A stretch of DNA of 64,000 bases from an uncultured Clostridium sp. (GCA_900552555.1 URZW01000007.1:1580-65579), one strand, 5' to 3'. Counted from the stretch's first letter, positions 18,448-28,086 are shown. Made by a program: numbers and translations. Notes: a model not told the origin generated them from the letters alone.

Positions 18448-18957
18448 ATAAAACAAGAATTACCAATTAATGGTCAAATAAGAGAAAAAGAAGTTCAATT
18501 GATAGGAGTAAATGGTGAAAAACTAGGAATTGTATCTACAAGAGAGGCTTTAGAAAAAGCAGGAGAAAACAATTTAGACTTAGTATTAGTTGCACCAAAT
18601 TCAAAACCAGTAGTTTGTAAAATAATGAACTATGGTAAATATAAATTTGAACAAGCAAAAAAAGAAAAAGAAGCTAAGAAAAAACAAAAAATATTAGAAG
18701 TAAAAGAATTAAGAGTTACTCCAAATATTGAAGAACATGATTTTGAATTTAAAGCAAAAAATGCTAGAAAATTCTTAACAGATGGAAACAAAGTTAAAAT
18801 AACAGTAAGATTTAGAGGAAGAGAAGTAAATAACTCTAAGGCAGGAGAAAAAGTTTTAAATAACTTCATAGAAAATTTAGAAGACATAGCTACTGTAGAA
18901 AAGAAACCAAAACTTGAAGGTAGAAATATGTTCACAATTCTAGCTAAAAAAGCGTAA
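18448..18957 (+). CDS. infC: Translation initiation factor IF-3 (non-AUG start)
   Basis: GGAGG lies 9 nt before in-frame ATA 18448. The product begins (M)IKQELPINGQIREKEVQLIG. The upstream part of the track ORF overlaps the terminator. Confidence 0.85.
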   Translation: MKQELPINGQIREKEVQLIGVNGEKLGIVSTREALEKAGENNLDLVLVAPNSKPVVCKIMNYGKYKFEQAKKEKEAKKKQKILEVKELRVTPNIEEHDFEFKAKNARKFLTDGNKVKITVRFRGREVNNSKAGEKVLNNFIENLEDIATVEKKPKLEGRNMFTILAKKA

Positions 18958-19012
18958 AAACAACGCTTTAGATATAAAATAACTAAGATAAAAAGATAAG
19001 GGAGGAACTATC

Positions 19013-19216
19013 ATGGCAAAATTAAAAACAAACAAAGCTGCAAAGAAAAGATATTCATTAACAGCAACAGGAAAAATTAAAAGAACAAAATCTAACAGAA
19101 GACATTTATTAGCAAATAAAACAAAAAGACAAAAGAAATCTGGAAAAGTTCAAAATGCTTATGCAAGCAAAACATGTGAAAATACAATTAAAAAATTATT
19201 ACCATATGGTGGATAA
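19013..19216 (+). CDS. rpmI: 50S ribosomal protein L35
   Basis: Begins MAKLKTNKAAKKR. It is 67 aa and lies between infC and rplT. Confidence 0.9.
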   Translation: MAKLKTNKAAKKRYSLTATGKIKRTKSNRRHLLANKTKRQKKSGKVQNAYASKTCENTIKKLLPYGG

Positions 19217-19288
19217 TATTTAATTAAAAATTCAAATTATAATTAACAAAAAAGATTTGATAGACGAAAAGAAAGTGAGGAAATAAAA

Positions 19289-19639
19289 ATGGCAAGAGTA
19301 AAAACAGCTAGAACAACAAGAGCAAGACATAAAAAAATATTAAAACAAGCAAAAGGATATTTTGGAGCAAAACATTATAGATTCAGAAATGCAAATCAAG
19401 CAGTAATGAAATCATTATCATATGCGTATGTAGGAAGAAAAGATAAGAAAAGTGATTTTAGAAAATTATGGATAACAAGAATTAATGCTGCTGCAAGAAT
19501 GAATGGAACAACATACAGCAAAATGATTGCTGGTCTTAAAAAAGCAAATGTTACAATAAACAGAAAAATGTTAGCTGAAATAGCTGTAAGTGATCCAAAA
19601 GCATTTACAGAAATAGCTGAAATAGCAAAAAATGCATAG
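19289..19639 (+). CDS. rplT: 50S ribosomal protein L20
   Basis: Begins [26 protein letters not shown]. Confidence 0.95.
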   Translation: MARVKTARTTRARHKKILKQAKGYFGAKHYRFRNANQAVMKSLSYAYVGRKDKKSDFRKLWITRINAAARMNGTTYSKMIAGLKKANVTINRKMLAEIAVSDPKAFTEIAEIAKNA

Positions 19640-19646
19640 ATTATAA

Positions 19647-19676
19647 GAAGAACACAGAAAAGTGTTCTTTTTGTTT
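19647..19676 (+). terminator. Terminator after rplT
   Basis: AAGAACAC-AGAAAA-GTGTTCTT is followed by TTTGTTT. Confidence 0.7.
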
Positions 19677-19687
19677 AAACTATGGTT

Positions 19688-20080
19688 TTATTGTTTCTTC
19701 ATTTTTGGTTTAGAAATCAAAGAAGCCAAATATCCAAAAAATACAGCAGCAGCAATTCCACCAGCAGCAGCCTTAACACCACCAGTAAAAGCACCAACTA
19801 AACCAGTCTCATTAACACCTTCAATTGCACCTTTAGCTAGGTTGTAACCAAAACCAGTTAAAGGAACAGTAGCACCGGCACCAGCGAAATCAACTAAATA
19901 TTTATAAATTCCAAGACCACCTAAAATTGCACCGGTTGTTACAAAAATAACTAAGATTCTTGCAGGTGTAAGCTTTGTTTTATCTATCAAAATTTGACCA
20001 ATTACGCAAATAAGTCCACCAACAACAAAACATTTTAACAGTGGTAACCAATTAAAAACATTTATCCAATTTATATCCAT
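19688..20080 (-). CDS. spoVAEB: Stage V sporulation protein AE (SpoVAEB-type)
   Basis: Shows SpoVAC/SpoVAEB-type membrane protein similarity. The real start is ATG 20080 (MDINWINVF) with an AGGAGAG RBS. The track extension to 20143 reads through a REP unit. Confidence 0.8.
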   Translation of the reverse strand: MDINWINVFNWLPLLKCFVVGGLICVIGQILIDKTKLTPARILVIFVTTGAILGGLGIYKYLVDFAGAGATVPLTGFGYNLAKGAIEGVNETGLVGAFTGGVKAAAGGIAAAVFFGYLASLISKPKMKKQ

Positions 20081-20110
20081 ATAATTATACACTCTCCTAA
20101 CTATGTTTTT

Positions 20111-20247
20111 TTGTCCTTTTGGGGACGGTTCTTTTTGGGACATTATTACTAAAAAGAATATTCTGTGTAACCGCTCTGTTTCTAAGATTTTATATTATGC
20201 TTAATTTTAAAAAAATGTCCCAAAAAGAACCGTCCCCAAAAGGACAT
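20111..20247. repeat. REP family A inverted doublet (REPIN-like) inside the spoVA operon
   Basis: TGTCCTTTTGGGGACGGTTCTTTTTGGGACAT (20112..20143) has its exact reverse complement within 20215..20247. The spacer is 71 nt. Confidence 0.9.
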
Positions 20248-21248
20248 TAAAGTTCTATACTGATTGCATGAGCTATTCCAGGAATGGATTCGCCCTGTTG
20301 AGAACTGGTAGAATTCATTAAAGCACCAGTTGCAACAAGTAATAATTTTTTAATTTTCTTTTCTCTTAATTGCTTAAATAAATAACCTGAAAATACAGTA
20401 CCACAACAAGCACATCCACTTCCACCAGAATGAGTATCTTGCTTAGCTTTGTCAAAAATTAAAACACCACAATCATTATAATTAGATTTAATATTATAAC
20501 CTTGAGATTTTGCAATATCAATAGAAAGCTCTTTTCCGATGTGACCAAGGTCACCACTTATAATTGCATCATAATAACTTGGATTTCTGCCTGTATCTTT
20601 AAAATGTGTTATTAAACTATCGACAAATGCAGGAGCCATTGCCGCACCCATGTTATTAGCGTCTTTTATACCCATGTCAACAATTTTTCCTGGGGTGATG
20701 TGAGTTATATATGGACCCGTACCTGTTTTAGAAATTATAGCAGCACCACTTCCAGTAACAGTCCATTGAGAAGTAGGTGGACGTTGATTACCAAGCTCAA
20801 GTGGAAATCTAAATTGTTTTTCAGCACTACAAAAATGACTAGAAGTTGCACATAATGCATGTTCAGCAAAGCTTTCAACAGCAATGGCAGATAATGCCAT
20901 AGATTCTACAAAAGTAGAACATGCACCAAATACACCGAAAAATGGAATGTTTAATTCGCGAAGACCAAAACTAGAAGAAATACATTGGTTAAGCAAATCA
21001 CCAGCAAAGCAACAATCAATTTGCTCAGAAGGAATACCAGATTTACTAATTACTGTATTTACAGTTTCCTTTATAATTTTACTTTCAGCTTTTTCCCAGG
21101 TTTTTTCACCCCAAAACTCATCATCTAAGGTTTGGTCAAAATATTTGGCAAGAGGACCTTGGGATTCCTTAGGACCAACAATAGAAGCACATTCTGTTAT
21201 AGTTGGGGGATTATCAAATTTAATAGTTTGTTTTCCTATTTTTTTCAA
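20247..21248 (-). CDS. spoVAD: Stage V sporulation protein AD
   Basis: A thiolase-like SpoVAD with KIGKQTIKFDNPP at the N-terminus and AGDLLNQ. The likely start is TTG 21248 behind AGGAG. The track ATG at 21284 has no RBS. Confidence 0.85.
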   Translation of the reverse strand: MKKIGKQTIKFDNPPTITECASIVGPKESQGPLAKYFDQTLDDEFWGEKTWEKAESKIIKETVNTVISKSGIPSEQIDCCFAGDLLNQCISSSFGLRELNIPFFGVFGACSTFVESMALSAIAVESFAEHALCATSSHFCSAEKQFRFPLELGNQRPPTSQWTVTGSGAAIISKTGTGPYITHITPGKIVDMGIKDANNMGAAMAPAFVDSLITHFKDTGRNPSYYDAIISGDLGHIGKELSIDIAKSQGYNIKSNYNDCGVLIFDKAKQDTHSGGSGCACCGTVFSGYLFKQLREKKIKKLLLVATGALMNSTSSQQGESIPGIAHAISIEL

Positions 21249-21342
21249 AAAATCAACTCCTTTTTTGACAAAATTATATTGCACAGGTTATAGTTTAGAA
21301 AGTATCCTTAATAAACTATAACTTGTCAAAATTATTTCTTTT

Positions 21343-21807
21343 CTAAACAAGTGTCATACTTTGTGTATTAAAAATTAAATAAACGATACCGACAATTATA
21401 GAGGCAGAAATACCAAATACAAGGACAGGACCTGCAACAGTAAACATTTTTCCACCAACACCCATTACATATCCCTCTGATTTGTATTCCATTGCTGGTG
21501 AAACGATAGAGTTTGCAAAACCTGTTATGGGAATTAAAGAACCAGCACCAGCAAATTTTCCTATTTTATTAAAAATATTAAGTCCTGTTAAAAAAGCAGC
21601 AATTCCAATTAAAATTATAGATACAATAGTACCAGATAAATTTTGGTCAAAACCACGTTCTTTACAAATATTCATTATTATTTGCCCAATTGTACAAATT
21701 AATCCACCAACCCAAAATGCATTAAAACAATTCTTCCAAATAGGGGAATTAGGTGATTTTTTATTAACATAGTCTTGATATGTTTGTTTTGTTTCAATAG
21801 GATTCAT
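21343..21807 (-). CDS. spoVAC: Stage V sporulation protein AC
   Basis: A 154-aa membrane protein paralogous to the spoVAEB product. It is in the expected operon position. Confidence 0.85.
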   Translation of the reverse strand: MNPIETKQTYQDYVNKKSPNSPIWKNCFNAFWVGGLICTIGQIIMNICKERGFDQNLSGTIVSIILIGIAAFLTGLNIFNKIGKFAGAGSLIPITGFANSIVSPAMEYKSEGYVMGVGGKMFTVAGPVLVFGISASIIVGIVYLIFNTQSMTLV

Positions 21808-22028
21808 TAATTATCACCCTTTCTATTTAAATCTATAAAAAACGTTAAATCTAAATCTACAAAATATTCTGATATTTTATTTCCATTTATTTTTGCTCTT
21901 TGTTCTAAAACTTTTACACCTGATAGATAATCTATTGTTTTTGAAGCTTCTTCTATAGTTTTTACAATTGCATCTTTCCATGATGTTTCAGATGAGCCCG
22001 TTATTATTAAGTGTTTTTCTATATCCAT
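21807..22028 (-). CDS. Dodecin-like small protein
   Basis: The sequence IITGSSETSWKDAIVKTIEEASKTIDYLSGVKVLEQ resembles the dodecin fold signature. ATG 22028 has an AGGAGG RBS. Confidence 0.55.
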   Translation of the reverse strand: MDIEKHLIITGSSETSWKDAIVKTIEEASKTIDYLSGVKVLEQRAKINGNKISEYFVDLDLTFFIDLNRKGDN

Positions 22029-22103
22029 ACTAAACCTCCTAAAAAATCTTTTACAAATATTTTTTCCGTTTTTAGAAAATTTATACATTATGATTCATTA
22101 TTA

Positions 22104-22322
22104 TAAAGTGGCTTTCTTATGGTAGTTTGCTGTATAATAGTATTTTCAATTGCCTTCGGTTCAATACACAATATAATAATTTCTAAAATCTTTTTTGGAC
22201 TCCCTTCCACTAAAGTGAACTCTTGTCCAAAAAAGATTTAATAAATTTTAATATTGTTTCAATCACATTCAGGCAATTGAAAATACTATTATACAGCAAA
22301 CTACCATAATAAAATCACTTTA
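22104..22322. repeat. Long rod-like palindromic element, family PE-1, copy b
   Basis: The core 22150..22272 is identical to 1294..1416. Perfect 38-nt inverted arms are TTATGGTAGTTTGCTGTATAATAGTATTTTCAATTGCC and its reverse complement. Confidence 0.85.
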
Positions 22323-22412
22323 CGGTGACAATGTTTCTCATATATTATAAAAAATCACATTGCAAAAAAACAAAAAAAGATATATAATTCAAAAAAATAA
22401 CGGAGGTAAAAA

Positions 22413-23756
22413 ATGATAGACAAAACAAGAGAAATAGCTTTAAAAACTCTATACAAAATAGACCAAGAACAAGCATACTCAAATATAGAATTAAACGAAC
22501 AAATAAAACAAAACAGAAAAAACATAAACGAAAAAGACATAGGATTAATATCAGAAATAGTATATGGAGTAACAACATGGAAACTAACACTAGACGAAAT
22601 AATAAAAAAACACTCAAAAATAAAACTAAAAAAAATATCACCATGGATAAAAAACATACTAAGGATGGGAATGTACCAAATAATATTCCTAGACAAAATA
22701 CCAAAATCAGCAGCAGTAAATGAAAGTGTAAATCTAGCAAAAAGATATGGACATGCATCAAGTTCAAACTTTGTAAATGCAATATTAAGAAAAGTAGAAA
22801 AAATAGATTACGAAGAATTTTTCAAAATAGAAGATGATGCAGATAGAATTTCTAAAACAACATCTATGCCAAAATGGATTGTTGAAGAATTAATTAAAGA
22901 AAATGGTATAAAACAGGCGGAACAAATTTGTAAAAACTCTAATTTAAAACCAAGTATTTCGATACGAGTAAATAGATTAAAAACAACGAAAGAAGAATTG
23001 ATACAAAAATTAAAACAAAAAGGTATTGAAATAAATGAAGCACAACAGCAGTCAAATAAAAACAAAGAAGAAACAAGTAAGCAAGAAATAAAAGAACAAA
23101 ACTTTTTAATTTTAAACAAAGTAAAAAATATTGAAAATTTAAAAGAATTTAAAGAGGGATTATTTACAATCCAAGACATATCAGCAGGTCAAACAGCAAA
23201 ATTATTAAATCCAAAATCAGGAGAAAAAGTGTTAGATGCATGTTCAGCGCCTGGAGGAAAAACAACATATTTGGCAGAGATTATGGAAAATACAGGTATG
23301 ATAGATGCATGGGACATACATGAACATAGAACAAAACTAGTTGAACAAAATGCTAAAAGATTAGGAATAAGCATTATAAAAACACATGTTAGAGATGCAA
23401 GTATTTATGACGAAAATTTAAAAGAAAAATATGATAAAATTTTATTAGATGTTCCATGTTTAGGTATTGGAGTTATAAAAAGAAAACCTGATATTAAGTG
23501 GCAGAGAAAGCCAGAAGACATAGAAGAAATTACAAAAATACAAAAACAAATATTAGAAAATTGTTCTAAATATTTAAAAAAAGGTGGAACTTTAGTATAT
23601 TCAACATGTAGCATTTTAAAAGAAGAAAATGAGGATGTTGTTAATTGTTTTTTAAGTAAAAATAACCAATTTTTTACAAGTAAAGAGGAAAAAATAAATA
23701 TACTTCCAAGTGCTAATGAAGATGGATTCTTTATATGTATAATTCACAAAAAATAA
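22413..23756 (+). CDS. rsmB: 16S rRNA (cytosine967-C5)-methyltransferase RsmB
   Basis: An N-terminal NusB-like domain, LDACSAPGGKT and DVPCLGIGV motifs are present. Confidence 0.9.
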   Translation: MIDKTREIALKTLYKIDQEQAYSNIELNEQIKQNRKNINEKDIGLISEIVYGVTTWKLTLDEIIKKHSKIKLKKISPWIKNILRMGMYQIIFLDKIPKSAAVNESVNLAKRYGHASSSNFVNAILRKVEKIDYEEFFKIEDDADRISKTTSMPKWIVEELIKENGIKQAEQICKNSNLKPSISIRVNRLKTTKEELIQKLKQKGIEINEAQQQSNKNKEETSKQEIKEQNFLILNKVKNIENLKEFKEGLFTIQDISAGQTAKLLNPKSGEKVLDACSAPGGKTTYLAEIMENTGMIDAWDIHEHRTKLVEQNAKRLGISIIKTHVRDASIYDENLKEKYDKILLDVPCLGIGVIKRKPDIKWQRKPEDIEEITKIQKQILENCSKYLKKGGTLVYSTCSILKEENEDVVNCFLSKNNQFFTSKEEKINILPSANEDGFFICIIHKK

Positions 23757-23986
23757 ACATAAACAACAGGTATTTTAAGCATTATTTTTCTTGGATTTTA
23801 ATCCAAAACAACAAATGTTACAGAAATATTACAAACAGTTTACAATTGTATTATAAATTAGTAAAACCTATTGACTTTTTATCTAAAAAAGATAAAATAA
23901 AAGAGAAGCAATTGTAGTAATTTGCAAAATTAAGTATGAAAATAAAAATGAAATTTAATATATAAAAAAATATAAAAGGAGCAGAA

Positions 23987-25612
23987 ATGTCAACTTGTCT
24001 TGGATTGTATATAGAAGAAAACCTAATTAAATATGCAAAAGTTTCAAAAGAACATGACCAAATAAAAGTCGAAACATTTGGTGTAAAGTTTTATGATGAT
24101 TTAGATAAAGTTATAAAACAAATAGTTGAAGAAACATATAGTTATAAAACACCAATTAGCATAAACTTATCAGAAGAAATGTACAATTATTTTGATGTGT
24201 TTGCAATGCTAAGTAAAAAAGACTTACCAAAAGCAATCAAAACAGAATTTGAAGCATATTGTGGAGATAAAAATTACAATCCAAACGTATTTGAAACAAG
24301 ATATGCGATAACACCAAATACACAAAATAAGGAAAAATTAAAAGTAATACATATAAGTGAAAACAAAATAGAATTAAACAAAGTATTACAAAGATTTAGT
24401 TCTTACAAATTACAGGGAATTGTACCTGTATCAATGTCAATATCAAGTGTGACTAAATTTGATGAAAAGGAAAATTGCTTAATTGTAAATATAGAAGCAA
24501 ACACAACAGTAACAACAATAATTGACCAAAATATTTATGATATAAATAAAATAGATGTGGGAAGTCAAGAAATATTAGACAAAATTAATTTAAAAGAAAA
24601 TTCATATCAAAAAGCATATGAAATTTGTAAAGAAACAACAATTTATACATCAGAGGGTAAAGAGTTAACAAATGAAGAAACAAGTTATTTAGAAGACATG
24701 ATGCCAACATTATATGAAATAGTTGGAAGTATAAGAAAAATAATAAATGAAAGTTTAGATAAAATAGAAAAAGTGTATATTACAGGAACAGGTGCTTTAA
24801 TTAACAATATAGATTTATATTTTGAAGAGTATTTAGAAAATGTAAGATGTGAAATATTAAAACCTGGATTTGTAAAAATATCACCTGATGTAAATATAAA
24901 AGATTATGTAGAAGTTAATTCGGCTATATCTTTAGCATTAAGTGCTTTAGGACAAGGAATATCAGGAATGAACTTCAAAAAAAATACATTGATGGATAAA
25001 TTGCCAGATATACTAAAAATGGAAGTTGGTAGTAAAAAGAAATCACCAGTTACAGCATCAAAAAAATCTTTCAAATTTGTCACAATGGACTTTAATATAC
25101 CATTAGATAAAATAGAAAAAGGAATGCTAAGAGGTGTTGCGGGATTATTGGTTCTTTTCTTTGTATATTGTGGATTTTCAACAATGATATTAAAACAAAT
25201 AAATCTAAAAAATGATGAGGCTAATAAATCTATACAAGATACAAATTCACAAATTTCATTAGTAGACAAAGATATTCAAAGCATACAAAATAAAACAAGT
25301 GATTATACAACAAAAATAAACAATTTAAAACAAATAAATGAACAAATTGAAGAAAATAACAAAACAAAAAAAGCTATACCAAATTTATTAAATAGACTAA
25401 TGTATGTTATGCCTACAGAGGTACAGCTAACATCAATTAAAAATACATCATCTACACATATAGAAATACAAGCACAATCATCAAGCTATGCAGATCTGGG
25501 ATATTTGGCAGCTAGTATAAAAACAAATGGTATACTTACAAATGTTATAACTACTTCTGGACAAAAAGATAACAATATAGTAACAATAAAGATAGAAGGT
25601 GATTTGCCATGA
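23987..25612 (+). CDS. pilMN: Type IV pilus assembly protein, PilM-PilN fusion
   Basis: An actin-like N-terminal domain is followed by a TM segment (GVAGLLVLFFVYCGFSTMIL) and a coiled-coil PilN-like tail. Fused pilMN genes are reported for Clostridia. Confidence 0.7.
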   Translation: MSTCLGLYIEENLIKYAKVSKEHDQIKVETFGVKFYDDLDKVIKQIVEETYSYKTPISINLSEEMYNYFDVFAMLSKKDLPKAIKTEFEAYCGDKNYNPNVFETRYAITPNTQNKEKLKVIHISENKIELNKVLQRFSSYKLQGIVPVSMSISSVTKFDEKENCLIVNIEANTTVTTIIDQNIYDINKIDVGSQEILDKINLKENSYQKAYEICKETTIYTSEGKELTNEETSYLEDMMPTLYEIVGSIRKIINESLDKIEKVYITGTGALINNIDLYFEEYLENVRCEILKPGFVKISPDVNIKDYVEVNSAISLALSALGQGISGMNFKKNTLMDKLPDILKMEVGSKKKSPVTASKKSFKFVTMDFNIPLDKIEKGMLRGVAGLLVLFFVYCGFSTMILKQINLKNDEANKSIQDTNSQISLVDKDIQSIQNKTSDYTTKINNLKQINEQIEENNKTKKAIPNLLNRLMYVMPTEVQLTSIKNTSSTHIEIQAQSSSYADLGYLAASIKTNGILTNVITTSGQKDNNIVTIKIEGDLP

Positions 25613-26343
25613 AAAAACTATTAATAGGGATTGTAATAATTTTAGTTTTAGTATTAACTGGAGTAACAATAGTAAAAGGTCTTCAAATAGGAAATATAAA
25701 AATTCTGGGAATATTAGAAATAAAAAATGAAAATGAAAAATTAGATGAAACAGTAAAAAAAGCAACAAAATTGGCAAGTACTGATTATCAAAAAAAGATA
25801 GATGATTTAAATTCAGCAACAAAAAAATTAGAAACAGAAAAAAGTAGTTATGAAGATATGGTAAGTGTAAGTACAGATTCTCAAGTTGAAACAGCAAATC
25901 AAAGTTCTAATTATATGAGTGATTTCTTATGGATAAGAGTAGAAAATCACGCTAAAAGTGTTGGAGTAATAATGAAGATGGATATTACAAGAAGCTCAAC
26001 AGGTGCTGAAAATGTATATAACCTAAATTTTACTGCAACAGGAAGTTATGTGGGAATTGAAGAATTTATTACAGGAATAGAAGATGACTCTAAACTGGGA
26101 TTTAAAATTGAAAACTTTGCAATGACTTCTTCATCAGAAAATGGTGGAGAGGTACAAGCAACATTTGTATGTAAAGATATAAAAATTCAAGGATTATCTA
26201 ATAGCTCTGTAACAACAGATTCTACAAGTACAATAAACCAAACAAATACAAATAATTCAACAAACACAACAAATACAAATAGTACAACAAATACAACAAT
26301 TCAAGTTGATTCATCAAATGCCCAAAACAATACGGCACAATAA
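25609..26343 (+). CDS. pilO: PilO-like pilus assembly protein with an N/T-rich tail
   Basis: A 4-nt ATGA overlap with pilMN, an N-terminal TM segment and a coiled coil are present. The C-terminal 45 aa are almost only N, T and S. Confidence 0.6.
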   Translation: MKKLLIGIVIILVLVLTGVTIVKGLQIGNIKILGILEIKNENEKLDETVKKATKLASTDYQKKIDDLNSATKKLETEKSSYEDMVSVSTDSQVETANQSSNYMSDFLWIRVENHAKSVGVIMKMDITRSSTGAENVYNLNFTATGSYVGIEEFITGIEDDSKLGFKIENFAMTSSSENGGEVQATFVCKDIKIQGLSNSSVTTDSTSTINQTNTNNSTNTTNTNSTTNTTIQVDSSNAQNNTAQ

Positions 26344-26367
26344 AGATTTAGAAAGGAGTAGAACAAA

Positions 26368-26835
26368 ATGAAAACAGCTAAAAATATAATAAAAGAATTA
26401 ATAATATTTTTATTGTTAGTACTTGCAATTATATTAATTCTTGGAGTATTACTTTATGAATATGTACCAACAAATAAGATAATTCCTGAAAAGGTTTCGT
26501 ATACTACTCCAGAAAATATAAAATCTGAATTACAAACAGATGAAAGTGTTGATAATACTGAAGTAGTGGTTACATATCAAATTGATTCAACAGACTTGAG
26601 TAATTACAAAAAAATAAATGAATATGTTCCAGGAAAGAAAAATCCATTTGCATCAATAAAACAAGATAATACAACAACAGATGGAAATACAACAAGTGAT
26701 ACAACAGCTAATGCAAATACAACATCAAATGGAAACGCTAATACAAGCAAAAATAATGATGCAAATCAACAAAGTAGTTCAAACACAAAAAATAATACAA
26801 GCAATGGATATCTTCCGGATAAAGGAACAAAATAA
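26368..26835 (+). CDS. Membrane-anchored hypothetical protein in the pilus cluster
   Basis: It has a single N-terminal TM segment and an N/T/S-rich low-complexity C-terminus. Confidence 0.5.
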   Translation: MKTAKNIIKELIIFLLLVLAIILILGVLLYEYVPTNKIIPEKVSYTTPENIKSELQTDESVDNTEVVVTYQIDSTDLSNYKKINEYVPGKKNPFASIKQDNTTTDGNTTSDTTANANTTSNGNANTSKNNDANQQSSSNTKNNTSNGYLPDKGTK

Positions 26836-26915
26836 ATTAGTTATTAACATTATATTTATTTTTATAAATATAGTATATATATATTATATCTAAAGAAAAA
26901 GGAGGGAAACATACG

Positions 26916-27134
26916 ATGAAACAACAAAAAGGTATTACTTTAGTAGCATTAGTTATCACAATAATCATTCTTTTAATATTAGCTGGTATATCAATAGCAA
27001 CATTACAAGGAAGTGGATTATTCAGTAAAACAAAAGAGGCTAAAAATGCTTCAGAAAATGCTCAAATAAAAGAAAATTCAACACTAAATGACTATGAGTA
27101 TCAAATGAATACATATTTAAATGATGTTAAATAG
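26916..27134 (+). CDS. Short type IV pilin-like protein (72 aa)
   Basis: The prepilin-like leader is MKQQKG|ITLVALVITIIILLILAGISI. A strong AAGGAGGG RBS precedes it and its own terminator follows. Confidence 0.75.
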   Translation: MKQQKGITLVALVITIIILLILAGISIATLQGSGLFSKTKEAKNASENAQIKENSTLNDYEYQMNTYLNDVK

Positions 27135-27151
27135 TATTATAAGAACTAAGC

Positions 27152-27187
27152 AAAGGCATATGCATAATAAATATGTATATGCCTTTT
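27152..27187 (+). terminator. Terminator after the pilin gene
   Basis: AAAGGCATATGCATA-ATAAA-TATGTATATGCCTTTT. Confidence 0.75.
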
Positions 27188-27241
27188 AGAACAAATATGA
27201 GTAATTTTATATGTTAGAAAATATGAATAAATTTTTAATAT

Positions 27242-28075
27242 ATGAAAAGTAAAAGTAAGGAAAAAGCAATGGAAATATTTTTTTATATTATAATTTTTAT
27301 GATTGGAATAACATTTGGCAGTTTCTATACTCTAGCAGTATATAGAATACCAAAAGGACAAGATATAACTCATACACATTCATATTGCCCAAAATGTAAC
27401 CATAAATTAAATATATTTGACTTAATACCAGTATTTAGTTATATATTTTTAGGTGGAAAATGTAGATACTGTAAACAAAAAATAAGACCAAGATATTTAA
27501 TTTTAGAAACAATATCAGGCTTAGCTTTTGTGGGATTTGCATACTTAATGGGGCTAAGTGTATATAATTTGGATGCAATAAAAATAACTGAATATGTATT
27601 TTTTGCTTTATATTTTACATTTATTATTTTAATGGCAGGAATAGATAAAGAATATAAAACAATAAATAAACCAGTATTAATGTATGGAGTAATAATTTCA
27701 ATTATGTATATATTATATCTATACATAATAGAAAAAAATAGTATATATAGATATGGTATATATTTACTAGCTTTTGCAGTACTATTATTACTAGACACAA
27801 TTAAACTAAGAAAAAAAGCACAAGATAGTTATACATACTCAATATTGATGGTTATTATAATAATGGCAATATTTACAGGAGAATATGCAACAATAAATGC
27901 AATAATTTCAACATTACTTATGATAGCAATAACAATACTTGTAAAAAAATTAAAACAACCTAAAAGCACAAAAACAACACAACAATATAGCAGTACGATA
28001 AAAATAGGATTATATTTAGCAATAACAAACATTATTTATTTGATTATGGTTTTAGCATATTGTAAATTTATCTAG
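27242..28075 (+). CDS. pilD: Prepilin peptidase (A24 family) PilD-like
   Basis: The N-terminal CPKC..(17)..CRYC zinc module and multi-TM body are present, with the first Asp in AGIDKEY. The expected GxGDxKL motif appears only as LLLDTIKL. Confidence 0.7.
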   Translation: MKSKSKEKAMEIFFYIIIFMIGITFGSFYTLAVYRIPKGQDITHTHSYCPKCNHKLNIFDLIPVFSYIFLGGKCRYCKQKIRPRYLILETISGLAFVGFAYLMGLSVYNLDAIKITEYVFFALYFTFIILMAGIDKEYKTINKPVLMYGVIISIMYILYLYIIEKNSIYRYGIYLLAFAVLLLLDTIKLRKKAQDSYTYSILMVIIIMAIFTGEYATINAIISTLLMIAITILVKKLKQPKSTKTTQQYSSTIKIGLYLAITNIIYLIMVLAYCKFI

Positions 28076-28086
28076 AGAGGAAAAAA

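Noticed and set aside
20080-20143. N-terminal extensions of spoVAEB (to 20143), alr (to 2734) and tilS (TTG at 32544) in the ORF track.
   Set aside because: The extra codons are read-through of REP units and lack an RBS. Internal starts with good RBSs match the conserved N-termini.
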